DNA of 64,000 nucleotides from Deltaproteobacteria bacterium (GTDB lineage: Bacteria > Desulfobacterota > Desulfobaccia > Desulfobaccales > 0-14-0-80-60-11): positions 375 to 64,374 of the forward strand of contig JAKAKP010000012.1 in the NCBI GenBank assembly GCA_021813445.1. The letters are read 5' to 3'. The translations under genes and the position numbers were made by a program. The notes beneath the pieces were generated by a model. It was not told the DNA's origin, did no database searches, and saw only the letters and a list, made by a program, of their open reading frames with translations. This document shows, piece after piece, positions 38,038 to 48,142 of this stretch; the stretch's first letter is position 1, and every line of letters starts with the position of its first letter.

Positions 38038-40089
38038 TTGCGGGCTATCCGTAACGTCAATCAGCTCATTACCCAGGAAAAAGACCGGGGCCGCCTGATC
38101 CAGAGGGCTTGCCAACTGCTCACCGAAGGGAGAGGCTACTTTACCGCCTGGATAGTTCTCTTGAAGAATGGCGAAAAAACGGCGGACTTTGCCGTTGCCG
38201 GGGACGAAAGTGATAGCGCCCGCCTGCGCCAATTGCTGCAGCAGGGGGAGATGCCCCGGTGCGCCTGCCGGGCTTTGAAGAGCAAAGACCTGGTGGTGAT
38301 TGATGACCTGTCCCCCGATTCCGGCTGTTTCTTGTGGGAAAATTATCAGGATAGAGGGGTGCTGACGATTCCCCTGGCCCATAAGAATTATAGCTATGGC
38401 GTGCTGGGCGTGCTCCTGCCGGTCAATCTTTCCCGGGATGCGGAAGAGCTGTCTTTGTTTCAGGAACTGGCGGCTGACCTCTCCCTGGCCCTTTACAACC
38501 TGGACCTGGAAGAACGGGAGTACCGCGCCCAAGAAGCGCTCAAGGCCAGCGAGGAAAAATTCCGCCTCCTGGTGGAGAACGCCCCGGACGCCATTTTCAT
38601 CCGCACGGAAAACGAATTTGCCTATTTGAATAAAGAGGCCCTCCGGTTATTTGGGGCCTCCACCAAAGAGCAACTGCTGGGGCGACCGGTGTTAGCAAGC
38701 ATCCATCCCGACTTCCGTGAGCTGGTTAAGGAAAGAATGCGCCTGGTGAATGAAGCAAGGCAAGCTTTACCCTGCCTGGAGCAGAAAATCCTCAAGCTGG
38801 GCGGCACTCCCATTGACGTTGAGGTGTCAGTGGTGCCCTTCCGATACCAGGGGAAAAACGGCGGCCTCGTTTTTGTGCGGGATATAACGGAGCGCAAAGA
38901 GGCGGAACGCACTCAGAAGGTACTGGAAGCCCAGTTGGCGCAGGCCCAAAAGATGGAGGCCCTGGGCACCCTGGCCGGCGGCATCGCCCATGACTTCAAT
39001 AACATCCTCGGGGCCATGCTGGGGTTTGCGGAACTGGCCCAAATGGGCCTCCCGGAAGAGAGTGAAGGAGGGGGCTACCTGGGAAACCTCCTCAAGGCCG
39101 GGGACCGGGCCCGGAGCCTGGTGAAACAGATTTTAAGCTTCAGCCGCCAGGAGAAAGCGGCCCGCCAACCCCTCTCCCTGACCCCGATCATTAAAGAGAC
39201 CCTGAAATTCTTAAGGGCTTCTTTGCCCACCACTATTGAGATCCAGACCCACTTGTATGGCGGCAGAGCCATGGTGGAGGCCGATCCCACCCAGATCCAC
39301 CAGATTTTGTTGAACCTGGCCACTAACGCCGCCCATGCCATGGAAGACCAGGGGGGTATCCTGGAAATAGATTTGAAGACGGTGGATATATCCCCGGAAG
39401 ACGTCTCCCTTTACGAGGCAACGCCCCCGGGGCCTTACCTGGAGTTGAAGGTCAGCGACACCGGCCACGGCATAGAACCGGAGATTCTGGGGCGCATCTT
39501 CGAACCATTTTTTACCACCAAAGAGCCATGGAAAGGCACCGGTATGGGGCTGGCGGTGGTCTACGGGATTGTTAAAAGCATGGCCGGGAGCATCAAGGTC
39601 ACCAGCCAGCCGGGACAGGGGACAACCTTTTGGCTGTTGCTGCCCATGGTAGAGATGGAACCGGTGGAGGCAGCACCGGAAATTTTGGCGCCGTTAACTA
39701 AGGGGGAGGGACGCGTTCTCTTTGTGGATGACGATACTGATTTCTTCCAGGCTGGCAAGCAGATGCTGTCAGGTTTGGGGTATAAGGTCGCAGCTTATGC
39801 CAACAGCCAAACAGCCTTGGATGTTTTTAAGGCCGACTCTGACAGCTTCGATCTCCTCATCTGCGACCAGACTATGCCCGGCCTGACGGGATTGGAGCTG
39901 GCTGCGGCCTGTTCCCGCCTGCGGCCGGATCTTCCCATCATTTTGTGCACCGGGTTTAGCGAAATTGTTACTCCTGAGAAAGCCAAGGCCGCGGGCGTTG
40001 GGGAGGTAGTGATCAAGCCCTTCAATCTCCGCCAAATCGGCGAGAGTATTAAGAAAGTATTAAAGAAAAATACCACAATAGTCGAATAA
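38038..40089 (+). CDS. Hybrid sensor histidine kinase (GAF-PAS-HisKA-HATPase-REC)
   Basis: 683 aa with H-box [13 protein letters not shown] boxes ([22 protein letters not shown]), and a C-terminal receiver (VLFVDDD...[13 protein letters not shown]...VIKPF). TTG start. Confidence 0.9.
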   Translation: MRAIRNVNQLITQEKDRGRLIQRACQLLTEGRGYFTAWIVLLKNGEKTADFAVAGDESDSARLRQLLQQGEMPRCACRALKSKDLVVIDDLSPDSGCFLWENYQDRGVLTIPLAHKNYSYGVLGVLLPVNLSRDAEELSLFQELAADLSLALYNLDLEEREYRAQEALKASEEKFRLLVENAPDAIFIRTENEFAYLNKEALRLFGASTKEQLLGRPVLASIHPDFRELVKERMRLVNEARQALPCLEQKILKLGGTPIDVEVSVVPFRYQGKNGGLVFVRDITERKEAERTQKVLEAQLAQAQKMEALGTLAGGIAHDFNNILGAMLGFAELAQMGLPEESEGGGYLGNLLKAGDRARSLVKQILSFSRQEKAARQPLSLTPIIKETLKFLRASLPTTIEIQTHLYGGRAMVEADPTQIHQILLNLATNAAHAMEDQGGILEIDLKTVDISPEDVSLYEATPPGPYLELKVSDTGHGIEPEILGRIFEPFFTTKEPWKGTGMGLAVVYGIVKSMAGSIKVTSQPGQGTTFWLLLPMVEMEPVEAAPEILAPLTKGEGRVLFVDDDTDFFQAGKQMLSGLGYKVAAYANSQTALDVFKADSDSFDLLICDQTMPGLTGLELAAACSRLRPDLPIILCTGFSEIVTPEKAKAAGVGEVVIKPFNLRQIGESIKKVLKKNTTIVE

Positions 40090-40220
40090 TTTAAAAATTT
40101 AGAAGAAATGCAGGGGGCCTCTATCTTGCAGTCTGAAATCATTCTCTGAATTTGTTTTTCCAAGAAAGCGGGCGGTCAGCTCCTCTCCTCAACTACTCTT
40201 GCGACTCTTGGCAGGCTGTT

Positions 40221-41654
40221 ATGGCCCAGGTGTTAATCATCGACGATGAAGAGATGATGTGCCAGATGCTCTGCGCCTTGGTGGAGAGCCAGGGCCATGA
40301 GGCCACCTGCGCCCATACCCTGACGGAGGGATTGCAGCAGGCCGCACTGCGAAATTTCGATGTAATCTTTCTCGACGTGGGGCTGCCGGACGGCAATGGC
40401 TTGGAAGCGATTCCCGCTTTGCGTGACCTGAGAGGAGCGCCGGAGATCATTATTATTACCGGCTCCGGCAATCCGGATGGCGCTGATTTAGCCATTAATC
40501 AAGGCGCCTGGGACTATATCGAGAAAACGTCCAGCATCAGCCAGATGGCTTTGCCCCTCACCAGGGCTTTGCAATACCGGCAGGAGAAACAGGCGCAAGC
40601 GCGCCCGGTGGCTCTGAAAACGGCAGGCATTGTGGGCACCAGTCCGGCCCTGCGAGACTGCATTGACTTGCTGGCTCAAGCTGCGACCAGCGATATTAAC
40701 GTGCTCATCTCCGGCGCCACCGGCACCGGCAAGGAACTTTTCGCCCGGGCGATCCACCTCAATAGTGCCAGGGGGGGGAAGAATTTCGTCGTGGTGGATT
40801 GCGCGGCGCTGCCCGCGAATCTGGTGGAGAGCGCCCTTTTTGGCTACGAAAAAGGAGCTTTTACCGGCGCGGATAAGGCCAGCAGCGGGTTAATCGCCCA
40901 GGCCCATGGCGGCACCCTGTTTCTGGATGAAGTGGGAGAACTGCCGGAGAGTATGCAGAAGGCCTTCCTGCGAGTGCTCCAGGAGCGCTCTTTCCGGCCT
41001 ATCGGCGGGCAACGGGAGATAGAGAGCAACTTTCGCCTGGTGGCAGCCACCAACCGGGATCTGGAAAAGATGGTGAAACAGGGGAGCTTCCGCCGGGCTC
41101 TCTTTTTTCGCCTGCACTCTCTGGTCATCAACTTGCCACCCTTAAAAGATAGAAATGGCGACCTGTTTGATCTGGCCTGGCATCATACCGCCAGGTTATG
41201 CAAACAATATGGCCTGCCCCCCAAAGGATTTTCCCCCGAACTTCTGCAATATCTTTCTGCTTATGACTGGCCGGGCAATGTGCGGGAGTTGGTGAATGTC
41301 CTGGAAGCGGCCTTGTCGGCAGCCCACCGGGGTGCCGTCTTGTTTCCCCAACACCTGCCCGCGTATCTGCGGAGCAAGCTGGTCCGGGCTTCAGTCCAAG
41401 GGCAGCCCGCGCCGGCCCAAGCCAGGAATGGGGAAGTGGTTCCGGCAGGGAAGCTTCCCCCTCTGGAGGCGGTGCGCAAAACTGCTTTGGAAGAGGCGGA
41501 GAAACGCTATCTCCAAGAGCTGATGCAGCAGGTTAAAGGCAATATTCCCGGAGCCTGCCAGGTGTCCGGCCTATCCCGGGCCCGCCTTTACTCCCTCCTC
41601 AAGCACTACAACATTTCCCCTTCCCTGGCGGCCAAACAGCCCCTTAACATCTGA
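40221..41654 (+). CDS. Sigma54-dependent response regulator (NtrC family)
   Basis: REC (VLIIDDE, IFLDVGLPDGNG), AAA+ domain (GATGTGKE, GAFTGA loop) and a Fis-type HTH. The ATG is at 40221. Confidence 0.9.
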   Translation: MAQVLIIDDEEMMCQMLCALVESQGHEATCAHTLTEGLQQAALRNFDVIFLDVGLPDGNGLEAIPALRDLRGAPEIIIITGSGNPDGADLAINQGAWDYIEKTSSISQMALPLTRALQYRQEKQAQARPVALKTAGIVGTSPALRDCIDLLAQAATSDINVLISGATGTGKELFARAIHLNSARGGKNFVVVDCAALPANLVESALFGYEKGAFTGADKASSGLIAQAHGGTLFLDEVGELPESMQKAFLRVLQERSFRPIGGQREIESNFRLVAATNRDLEKMVKQGSFRRALFFRLHSLVINLPPLKDRNGDLFDLAWHHTARLCKQYGLPPKGFSPELLQYLSAYDWPGNVRELVNVLEAALSAAHRGAVLFPQHLPAYLRSKLVRASVQGQPAPAQARNGEVVPAGKLPPLEAVRKTALEEAEKRYLQELMQQVKGNIPGACQVSGLSRARLYSLLKHYNISPSLAAKQPLNI

Positions 41655-41716
41655 AGCCTGACCAGGGCCCTTTTGAAGGGGGGCGCCCAGGCCATTAATT
41701 TGGAGGAAGAGACGCC

Positions 41717-42646
41717 ATGTTGGAGGCCAATAAACGGGACGTCCGGGAATTTCTTCCAGAAATTACCTTAGATAGAATCATGCCCCCCTACCGGGACTAC
41801 CCTTTTTTCAGGGGGAGAGAACTATATCCCTTCCGGCCTCACGCCAGCACCTTCGATATGGTCAACGCCTGGTGGCTGGTAGAAGCCTCCATCCTCGCTT
41901 ACGCCGGGAAGAAGTTTGCCTCCCCCAGGTTTGGGGACGCGGGTTTTAATGAAGTTGAGTTCTTTGACGGGGCTATCACCCAGTGTTACCTGGTCAATAA
42001 TGATGATTTTCTGATCCTGGCATTTAGAGGCACCGAGGTCCGCCCCAAGCCCGGGACGCTGGACTTTCGTAATGTCATCGCCGACATCGAGGCCGACCTG
42101 AAGATTCGCCTGGTTGCTTCGGGGCAGAGGGGCAAGGTGCACCATGGCTTCAAAGATGCCTTGGATGAGGTCTGGGACAAAAAGAGCCTGTTTGCTCGAC
42201 TCCGCGATAAAGACAATGGGAAGCGCACCTTCTGGTTCACCGGCCACAGCCTGGGGGCAGCCTTGGCCACCCTGGCCGCACAAAGGTATGGCAAGGTTCG
42301 GGGCCTTTATACCTACGGCTCCCCCCGGGTGGGGGACCTGGTCTTCATGACGGGCTTCCCGGTTAAGACTTATCGCTTCGTGAATAACAACGATATCATC
42401 ACCAAGGTGCCTCCTGCCGGCCGCTACCATCATGTGGGCGCCTTGAAATATATCGACTCCCAGGGCAATGTTCACGAGGAAGCCGATACCCTGGAGGATG
42501 CGGCAACGGACATCCAGTTGGGGATTTCTGCCTTCCAGGACTCCCTGGCAAGGATGGGGAGCGGCCTTGCTAACCTTATTCCCCAGGCTATCGTGGATCA
42601 CGTGCCGATCCTGTATGCCACCTATATCTGGAATAGTATTCCCTGA
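41717..42646 (+). CDS. Class-3 lipase family protein
   Basis: FTGHSLGAALATLAA nucleophile elbow with YTYGSPRVGD downstream. A GGAGGAAG RBS lies upstream. Confidence 0.8.
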   Translation: MLEANKRDVREFLPEITLDRIMPPYRDYPFFRGRELYPFRPHASTFDMVNAWWLVEASILAYAGKKFASPRFGDAGFNEVEFFDGAITQCYLVNNDDFLILAFRGTEVRPKPGTLDFRNVIADIEADLKIRLVASGQRGKVHHGFKDALDEVWDKKSLFARLRDKDNGKRTFWFTGHSLGAALATLAAQRYGKVRGLYTYGSPRVGDLVFMTGFPVKTYRFVNNNDIITKVPPAGRYHHVGALKYIDSQGNVHEEADTLEDAATDIQLGISAFQDSLARMGSGLANLIPQAIVDHVPILYATYIWNSIP

Positions 42647-42949
42647 AGGAGAGATAAATAGAGAACAAGCAGGGGCCTGGTGCGCGGTTTGGCCTCCCCA
42701 GGCATCCTAAGAAATCGCCTCTCCCAGGTTATCCGGGGAATTCCTGGGATCGTCCCCCCGGCCTATTCTGCCAGCCGGCCCCACCTACACAATCATTTCA
42801 TATCACCTCCATATTTTCTGCAAAAACGTCGCATACAGTCTCCTTAGCGACACGACCGTCTCTACCGGGCGATCGTTTCGGCAATGCACATCGCTTGTTG
42901 CAACTCCCAAGAAAGAAGCATAGCCTTAACCCCTAAGGAGGATTGCAGG

Positions 42950-43600
42950 ATGTCAAGAACTGAGCTGAGACTATTAAGTTCGTGGATAATCAGGCTCTTG
43001 CTGACCATGGCGCTGACCACGGTTTCGCCGGTGTGGGGCCAGCGTGGGGGCATGGGGCCGGGTGGCGGCATGGGAGGTCCCATGGGAGGCGGCGGTATGG
43101 GCGGACCGATGGATGGAGGCGGAGGTCCCGGCCCAGGGAGAGGCTCGAAAAGACATGCTCCTCCAAAGTTCGATATGAGCAAGGCCACCACAATTAGCGG
43201 CCGGATAGAGAGTCTGGGAAGTTACGGGTTGGGCAGCTGGCGGTCCCTGCCCGGCATGGCGGTCCAGGGGTTAATGCTCAAGACTGATAAAGGGAGAATC
43301 GAGGTTTACCTGGGCCCGCCGTCTTATGTGACCGCACAAAAATTCTGGTTGCAGACAGGTGATACCCTGGAGGTGCAAGGCTTTAAAGTCTTCCATAGGG
43401 ATAATCCAGCTTTTTTCGCAGCCAGAGTGAAAACCAAAAACCAGATGCTGATTTTACTGGACGAGAATGGCCTGCCGCGGTGGAAACAAGAAGATACTGG
43501 CGGACCAGGGTCTGAGAGGGCTGGTCGCGGCGGCAGAGGTGATCCCAGCCAGATGGGAGGCGGGATGATGGGCGGCGGAGGCATGGGCCGGGGGAGATAG
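42950..43600 (+). CDS. Secreted protein with Gly/Met-rich termini and a central globular region
   Basis: ATG 42950 follows AAGGAGG. The signal peptide ends VWG, then GGMGPGGGMGGPMGGGGMGGPMDGGGG, and the C-terminus is GGGMMGGGGMGRGR. Confidence 0.7.
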   Translation: MSRTELRLLSSWIIRLLLTMALTTVSPVWGQRGGMGPGGGMGGPMGGGGMGGPMDGGGGPGPGRGSKRHAPPKFDMSKATTISGRIESLGSYGLGSWRSLPGMAVQGLMLKTDKGRIEVYLGPPSYVTAQKFWLQTGDTLEVQGFKVFHRDNPAFFAARVKTKNQMLILLDENGLPRWKQEDTGGPGSERAGRGGRGDPSQMGGGMMGGGGMGRGR

Positions 43601-43667
43601 ACCTTGTCTGAAAACCTCCGCGGGCGCAGGGGAGATGTTTAGGGGAGAAATAAGCAGTGCTGAACTG

Positions 43668-43695
43668 ATGCCGGTCCAACCCGGCATACTTTCTT
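43668..43695 (+). terminator. Possible terminator after the Gly/Met-rich gene
   Basis: ATGCCGG-tccaac-CCGGCAT followed by ACTTTCTT. Confidence 0.35.
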
Positions 43696-43786
43696 GGAAT
43701 TCCAACCCTGGACCTTTACTCAGGAGAGCCTCCAAAACTACTTCGCAAATGTTCCGGCAAGATCCTATCCCAGGGTGTCAGAAGCC

Positions 43787-45085
43787 TTAACCCAGAGACG
43801 CTGACCACATCTCGAAGTGACGGTCGACTTCTCTCTCCTCCGGGAGATAGAAGACCAGGAAGGTCATAACGTGCCAGCCGATGAATTCGTAGTTTTCCGC
43901 ATCAAAGGCAGTTAGCTCAAAGACCTTACGCCAGGTGCCGGAATTGAAATAGATCTTTTCCAGCATCTCTTCCGGCGGGCCCGGCAGGGAGACGGTATCC
44001 AGGGGAATCTGCTCAGCTTTATGAGTGTGGCCGTAAACCACGTAGCGGGCCTGGTTCTTCTTGAGGGCCCACTCGTTGTAAGCGAAGCGGCGGTAATCGT
44101 CCAGCTTTTGATAGATCCCCTTGGCCACCCAAGTCCCCAAGATTGCTTGCAGCCGCTCGAAGGAAAAATTGGAGGTGAGACGCAGGGCCATTGCCAGAAA
44201 GTCAATAAAATCCGGCCCCAAGTGGCCATGAGCTTTTACGAAATCCAGAGCCAGGAAGCGGTCCACCGTTTCGTTCCAAATCCGATGGATTCTCTCCTCC
44301 ATACCGGGAAAGTAGTTGCAGACCCCCTGCACCCAGGCGGGCACGTTCAGGATGGGCCGGACATTGTCAATCTCTTTTAGGGCGACATAGAGCTTATCTT
44401 TTTCATCCAATCCCAGCTTGCGCCTCACTTCTTCGGGAAATCGGTTCAACAGGTCGATGACAATGGCGTCCCCCAGGGAAGAGGAGTTGCGGTTGCCTTC
44501 GTGGTTGATACGGTCGTAGTAGTCTCCGTGCCGGGCCAGGACTCCGTATTTTTCGAAAAGGAAGATTTCGTGGAAGGGATTGTTGGAGTACCATTGGGGA
44601 TCAGGCAACCCGATAAATTTGGCAATATCAGAGCGCGTATGATCGTAGCGGTTGATGAGCCAATCATGGTTGCCCATCAAGTAAGTGAAATCCACCTTGA
44701 CCCCTTTGGCGGCCCACTCTTTCTGACTTTCCTCCAGATAAGCCTTAATCTCTTGATTATTGGAGTGTTCGATAATGCCCTTGACGATATTTCTCGTGTA
44801 CTCCTCCACGTTCCACGGCTTCTGGGCACCATCTGTTTCCCCAGGGTCAGACCAAGGACGGATGGGATGAGTATCGCTTTTGTTCTCATCTCTGAGCCAG
44901 CGGCGGAAGCGGATGACGTCAAAGATGTCTCCCAGGAGGACGATATGGATCTCTTTGATTTTCGCTTCCTTGGGATCGCCAATAATGTCGTTTAAGATGT
45001 TCCCGAATTTTTTAAAGGCACGGGGCACGATGGTAGTCCCAGAAGTGCCATCCGTAAGGTGAACGTCACTGAATATGACCAACAT
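43787..45085 (-). CDS. Large metallophosphoesterase (calcineurin-like)
   Basis: 432 aa with motifs DVHLTDG, LLGDIFD, GNHD and GHTH. A GGAGGTGG RBS lies upstream. The gene is visibly more AT-rich than its neighbours. Confidence 0.8.
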   Translation of the reverse strand: MLVIFSDVHLTDGTSGTTIVPRAFKKFGNILNDIIGDPKEAKIKEIHIVLLGDIFDVIRFRRWLRDENKSDTHPIRPWSDPGETDGAQKPWNVEEYTRNIVKGIIEHSNNQEIKAYLEESQKEWAAKGVKVDFTYLMGNHDWLINRYDHTRSDIAKFIGLPDPQWYSNNPFHEIFLFEKYGVLARHGDYYDRINHEGNRNSSSLGDAIVIDLLNRFPEEVRRKLGLDEKDKLYVALKEIDNVRPILNVPAWVQGVCNYFPGMEERIHRIWNETVDRFLALDFVKAHGHLGPDFIDFLAMALRLTSNFSFERLQAILGTWVAKGIYQKLDDYRRFAYNEWALKKNQARYVVYGHTHKAEQIPLDTVSLPGPPEEMLEKIYFNSGTWRKVFELTAFDAENYEFIGWHVMTFLVFYLPEEREVDRHFEMWSASLG

Positions 45086-45631
45086 GTTCCACCTCCATTC
45101 ATGAGTCCGCAGATGGAAAGATCTGCCAGGTCAGGGAATGCCGAAACCGGTTGTAGGGTTTGTTGAAGGAACTGAACTTGCTGGTAAATAATCTTGAGAT
45201 ATGAACGGTTGGCATCAACAGGGGATTCCAGGGCAAGAAAAGGCCGAAAAGAACAACCGGGGATTGACCTTCAATCTCAAGTGGGCCAACTTGGTCAAGG
45301 GACAGGAGTTGCAAGGGGTTCCTCCTGCAAAATGCTTAAACCGGCCGCCCGAGAATACGATGCAAAGAAGAGCCAGGATGAAATTTTGAGCCTGAACTTG
45401 TTTAGGTGAGAATATAACCATTCGCAAAGGGCATGTCAGCTGGGACGAAATTATTTATAAGATAAATTCAGAATTCCAGGTATCTTGCCGCCCGAGAAAT
45501 GGAAAGGGGAAACTTGAAAGTATCGTCTGGTTATGGAAGGTTTTCAGAACCCTGATAATTGTTTTTTTTATTACCACACGAAATGATCTCTCGATTTTTC
45601 AAACAAACGGCTGCAATCTGTTATCTTCCCG

Positions 45632-46474
45632 TTAGATGGCCCGTTTGACCACCATGACCGCGCAAGGGGCATAAGCTACGACCCGCTCGGTGACACTGCC
45701 CATGAGAACGTCACTCAGCTCGGTCATCCCCAGGGCGCCCATAACGATGAGGTCTGCCTCCTTGTCCCTGGCTGCCTCGATGATGGACAGATAGGGTCGC
45801 CCCTGGTACACCAGGGTTTGGAGATCAAGATCCTGCAAGGCCGCTTCTTTTTTTAATTTCTGGACGATGGCCTGGGCCGTGGCGACTTTGCTTTCGTCCC
45901 GGGCCACCGAGACGGCTATTAATTCTCCGCCCACCCGCTTCGTGATGAACACGGATTCATCCCAGGCCGCATAACTGTATGGGGAGCCGTCGCTGGCGAT
46001 AAGAATACGTTCAAATTTCAATGGGACTTCCGTAGGAATTACCAGGACATTGGAAGCGCTGTAGCCAATGACCCGGGCCACGACGTTGCCCATCAACAGA
46101 CGGAAGAACCGGGAGCGGCCATGGCGCCCCATAATGATCATATCGGGTTTGATCACCTCTGCTTTTTCGATAATGGCCTCGTAGGGGCGTTCACTGCGCC
46201 GCACCATGGTTTCCACCGGTATGCCCAATTTCTCCGCCCTGGCTTTGCAAGACTCGAGGTGCTTGCGCACTTCGATTTCTCTCTGGGCCACCACTTCCGG
46301 AGCCCGAATCTCCAACTCCGGATAAAATTCCAATACCGTCAAAAAGTAGATTTTGCTGCCGCAGGATCCCGCCAGGGCTAAAGCCCCGGTGATAGCTCCC
46401 TGACTGGCCTCGGAGCCATCGGTACAAACTAAGAGCTTCTCCAATCTGGCGGGGCAAATCGGCGGCTGCGCCAT
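45632..46474 (-). CDS. Universal stress protein, tandem Usp domains
   Basis: 280 aa with two Usp halves, each ending in G-x2-G-x9-G motifs (MGRHGRSRFFRLLMGNV; MGALGMTELSDVLMGSV). Confidence 0.85.
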   Translation of the reverse strand: MAQPPICPARLEKLLVCTDGSEASQGAITGALALAGSCGSKIYFLTVLEFYPELEIRAPEVVAQREIEVRKHLESCKARAEKLGIPVETMVRRSERPYEAIIEKAEVIKPDMIIMGRHGRSRFFRLLMGNVVARVIGYSASNVLVIPTEVPLKFERILIASDGSPYSYAAWDESVFITKRVGGELIAVSVARDESKVATAQAIVQKLKKEAALQDLDLQTLVYQGRPYLSIIEAARDKEADLIVMGALGMTELSDVLMGSVTERVVAYAPCAVMVVKRAI

Positions 46475-46475
46475 G

Positions 46476-46880
46476 TTAATGTCCTCCCGCTTTTAAGAGA
46501 CCGGAAGCCGCGATCAGCAGCACTATTATTTCCAGGATGGCGATCATTCCCTGGAGCGGTTCGCGGTTGCGGAAAAACCTGATGGTTATGGTGGCAAGGC
46601 AAATAATGGTAATACTCGCCAGAAAGGCTATGGGCAGCAGGTTGAGAAAATCCCCATGATGCAGTTCATGCAACCAGCTCCATCCGGTTTTTACCTGGGT
46701 CAAGTTAAGGTACTGGTGCAGGGGATGCCCCCAATATTGGGGCAGGAGGTGCCTGGGCACGTAGTTGCCAAGAATCCCGAAAAGATAGAGGACAAAGGTT
46801 ATGAGCAGGAAGACGAACCCAATTTGGGCCAGCCGGCTTAACAGCACGCTGTAGAAAAGCTGGATTTCACAAATGTCCAA
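46476..46880 (-). CDS. Small membrane protein, DUF1634-like partner of TauE (start uncertain)
   Basis: The ORF is open from 47078 but overlaps the TauE gene. The first plausible start after the TauE stop is TTG 46880. It has 3-4 hydrophobic helices, and its stop abuts the USP start. Confidence 0.5.
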   Translation of the reverse strand: MDICEIQLFYSVLLSRLAQIGFVFLLITFVLYLFGILGNYVPRHLLPQYWGHPLHQYLNLTQVKTGWSWLHELHHGDFLNLLPIAFLASITIICLATITIRFFRNREPLQGMIAILEIIVLLIAASGLLKAGGH

Positions 46881-46963
46881 TGCTTCATCCGGCTGGCCTG
46901 GACACGGATGCTTTTCTGAATCATTTTGGCTGGATTCAGGGAATGAGTCCGTAATGGTTATCC

Positions 46964-47959
46964 TCAGTTGCTTAGGCCTTTTAAAATATTCCTTATTCCG
47001 GCAAAAATCAGCAAAAAGATCACTAAGAGACGGACATTGGCCGGTCTGGTGCGGGCCAGGATGTGCACTCCCAGCCAACTGCCCAGGACCATGCCGATGA
47101 TGGAGGGCACGGCGATCATCGGCAAGACCGCGCCGCTGTTAAGATAGACCCAGGCAGCAGCGGTATCGGTCATGGAGATGAGAAAGGTGCTGGTAGCCAC
47201 CGCCACCTTCAAGGGGACGCCCATCATCAGGTTGAGAACCGCCACGTTGGCCGCGCCGCCCCCGATGCCAAAGGTCCCGGCCATGATACCCACCAGAAAA
47301 AAGATGGCCAGAGCCCAAGGCGTGCGGTGCACATTCCAGAATATTCGCTGATTGACGGCCAGGTCGCAATAACTGCCCTGGATCCCCAGAACTTTGGAGA
47401 CGGCGTCAGGTTTTTCCACTTCCGGGTGTTCCGTTCTTTTGGCCTTGATCATGATCGCGGCAATCACCAAGATGACGAAACCCAACGCGGTCTGGACCAC
47501 CCGGGCCGGGAGAGCCAAGCCGATCATGGCCCCGATAACCGAACCTATGGAGGCCGTCAAGCCAACGGGCAAGGCCAAGCGCAGGTCGGTGAGGCAGAAG
47601 CGCAATAGTCCGGGACAGGCGGACAAGGCCCCGCATACGGCCATCACCAAGCAGGCGCCGCGGACAAAATCCAGGTGGAAAGGGAAAAAGCTGCCGACAA
47701 TAGAGACATATAACATGCCCCCGCCCATGCCCCCCATGATGGACACGATTCCCAGAACAATCGTGAATCCCAGGAGCAGCAAGACCCAACCCCAGATGGG
47801 GAAAACACCGGCTTCATAGGATGGTAGGAATGGAGCCCTGAAAGTCAGTTCCTGCCACCAGGCCGTGCCGGCGCTCCATAGCCACCAGAGGACTCCGCCG
47901 ACCATAATGGGAATGATGAAGAAGATGATGATGATTAAAAGGGCCTTTCGATTAATCAT
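46964..47959 (-). CDS. TauE/SafE-family anion (sulfite-type) exporter
   Basis: 331 aa, polytopic, with repeated GGxGGG motifs (MGGMGGGMLYV; FGIGGGAANV). Confidence 0.8.
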   Translation of the reverse strand: MINRKALLIIIIFFIIPIMVGGVLWWLWSAGTAWWQELTFRAPFLPSYEAGVFPIWGWVLLLLGFTIVLGIVSIMGGMGGGMLYVSIVGSFFPFHLDFVRGACLVMAVCGALSACPGLLRFCLTDLRLALPVGLTASIGSVIGAMIGLALPARVVQTALGFVILVIAAIMIKAKRTEHPEVEKPDAVSKVLGIQGSYCDLAVNQRIFWNVHRTPWALAIFFLVGIMAGTFGIGGGAANVAVLNLMMGVPLKVAVATSTFLISMTDTAAAWVYLNSGAVLPMIAVPSIIGMVLGSWLGVHILARTRPANVRLLVIFLLIFAGIRNILKGLSN

Positions 47960-48014
47960 ATCCGAGATTTGGCGGCAGTCTTATACCAAGTCGCAATCAA
48001 GCGGATATTTTTTC

Positions 48015-48073
48015 GTAGGGGCGAATCTTGTAGTCGCCCTGCCTCGTTGGGCGAACACAAGGTTCGCCCCTAC
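48015..48073. repeat. Family H palindromic element copy 2
   Basis: GTAGGGGCGAATCTTGTAGTCGCCC...GGGCGAACACAAGGTTCGCCCCTAC matches 962-1021. Confidence 0.8.
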
Positions 48074-48142
48074 AGTTTGTTGTCTTCTGATTGCGACTTG
48101 GTATTAGTTATGTCTTTCCCCCAGCCTAAACAGCTTTGCCTA

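Noticed and set aside
42647-42949. Sigma54 promoter upstream of the Gly/Met-rich protein gene (TGGTGCGCGGTTTGGCC and GGCAATGCACATCGCTTGTTGCA)
   Set aside because: In both cases the GG-to-GC spacing is off by one nucleotide.
45099-45427. Four overlapping 60-71-aa ORFs in the 545-bp gap upstream of the metallophosphoesterase
   Set aside because: None has an RBS, a recognisable motif or a coding-like composition, and they are mutually overlapping on both strands.
45410-45450. Possible c-di-GMP-I (GEMM) riboswitch because of CGCAAAGGGC ... GGGACGAAA
   Set aside because: Only two short words resemble the consensus. I could not build the P1/P2 helices or the tetraloop-receptor arrangement, and the orientation relative to the flanking genes is wrong for a leader.
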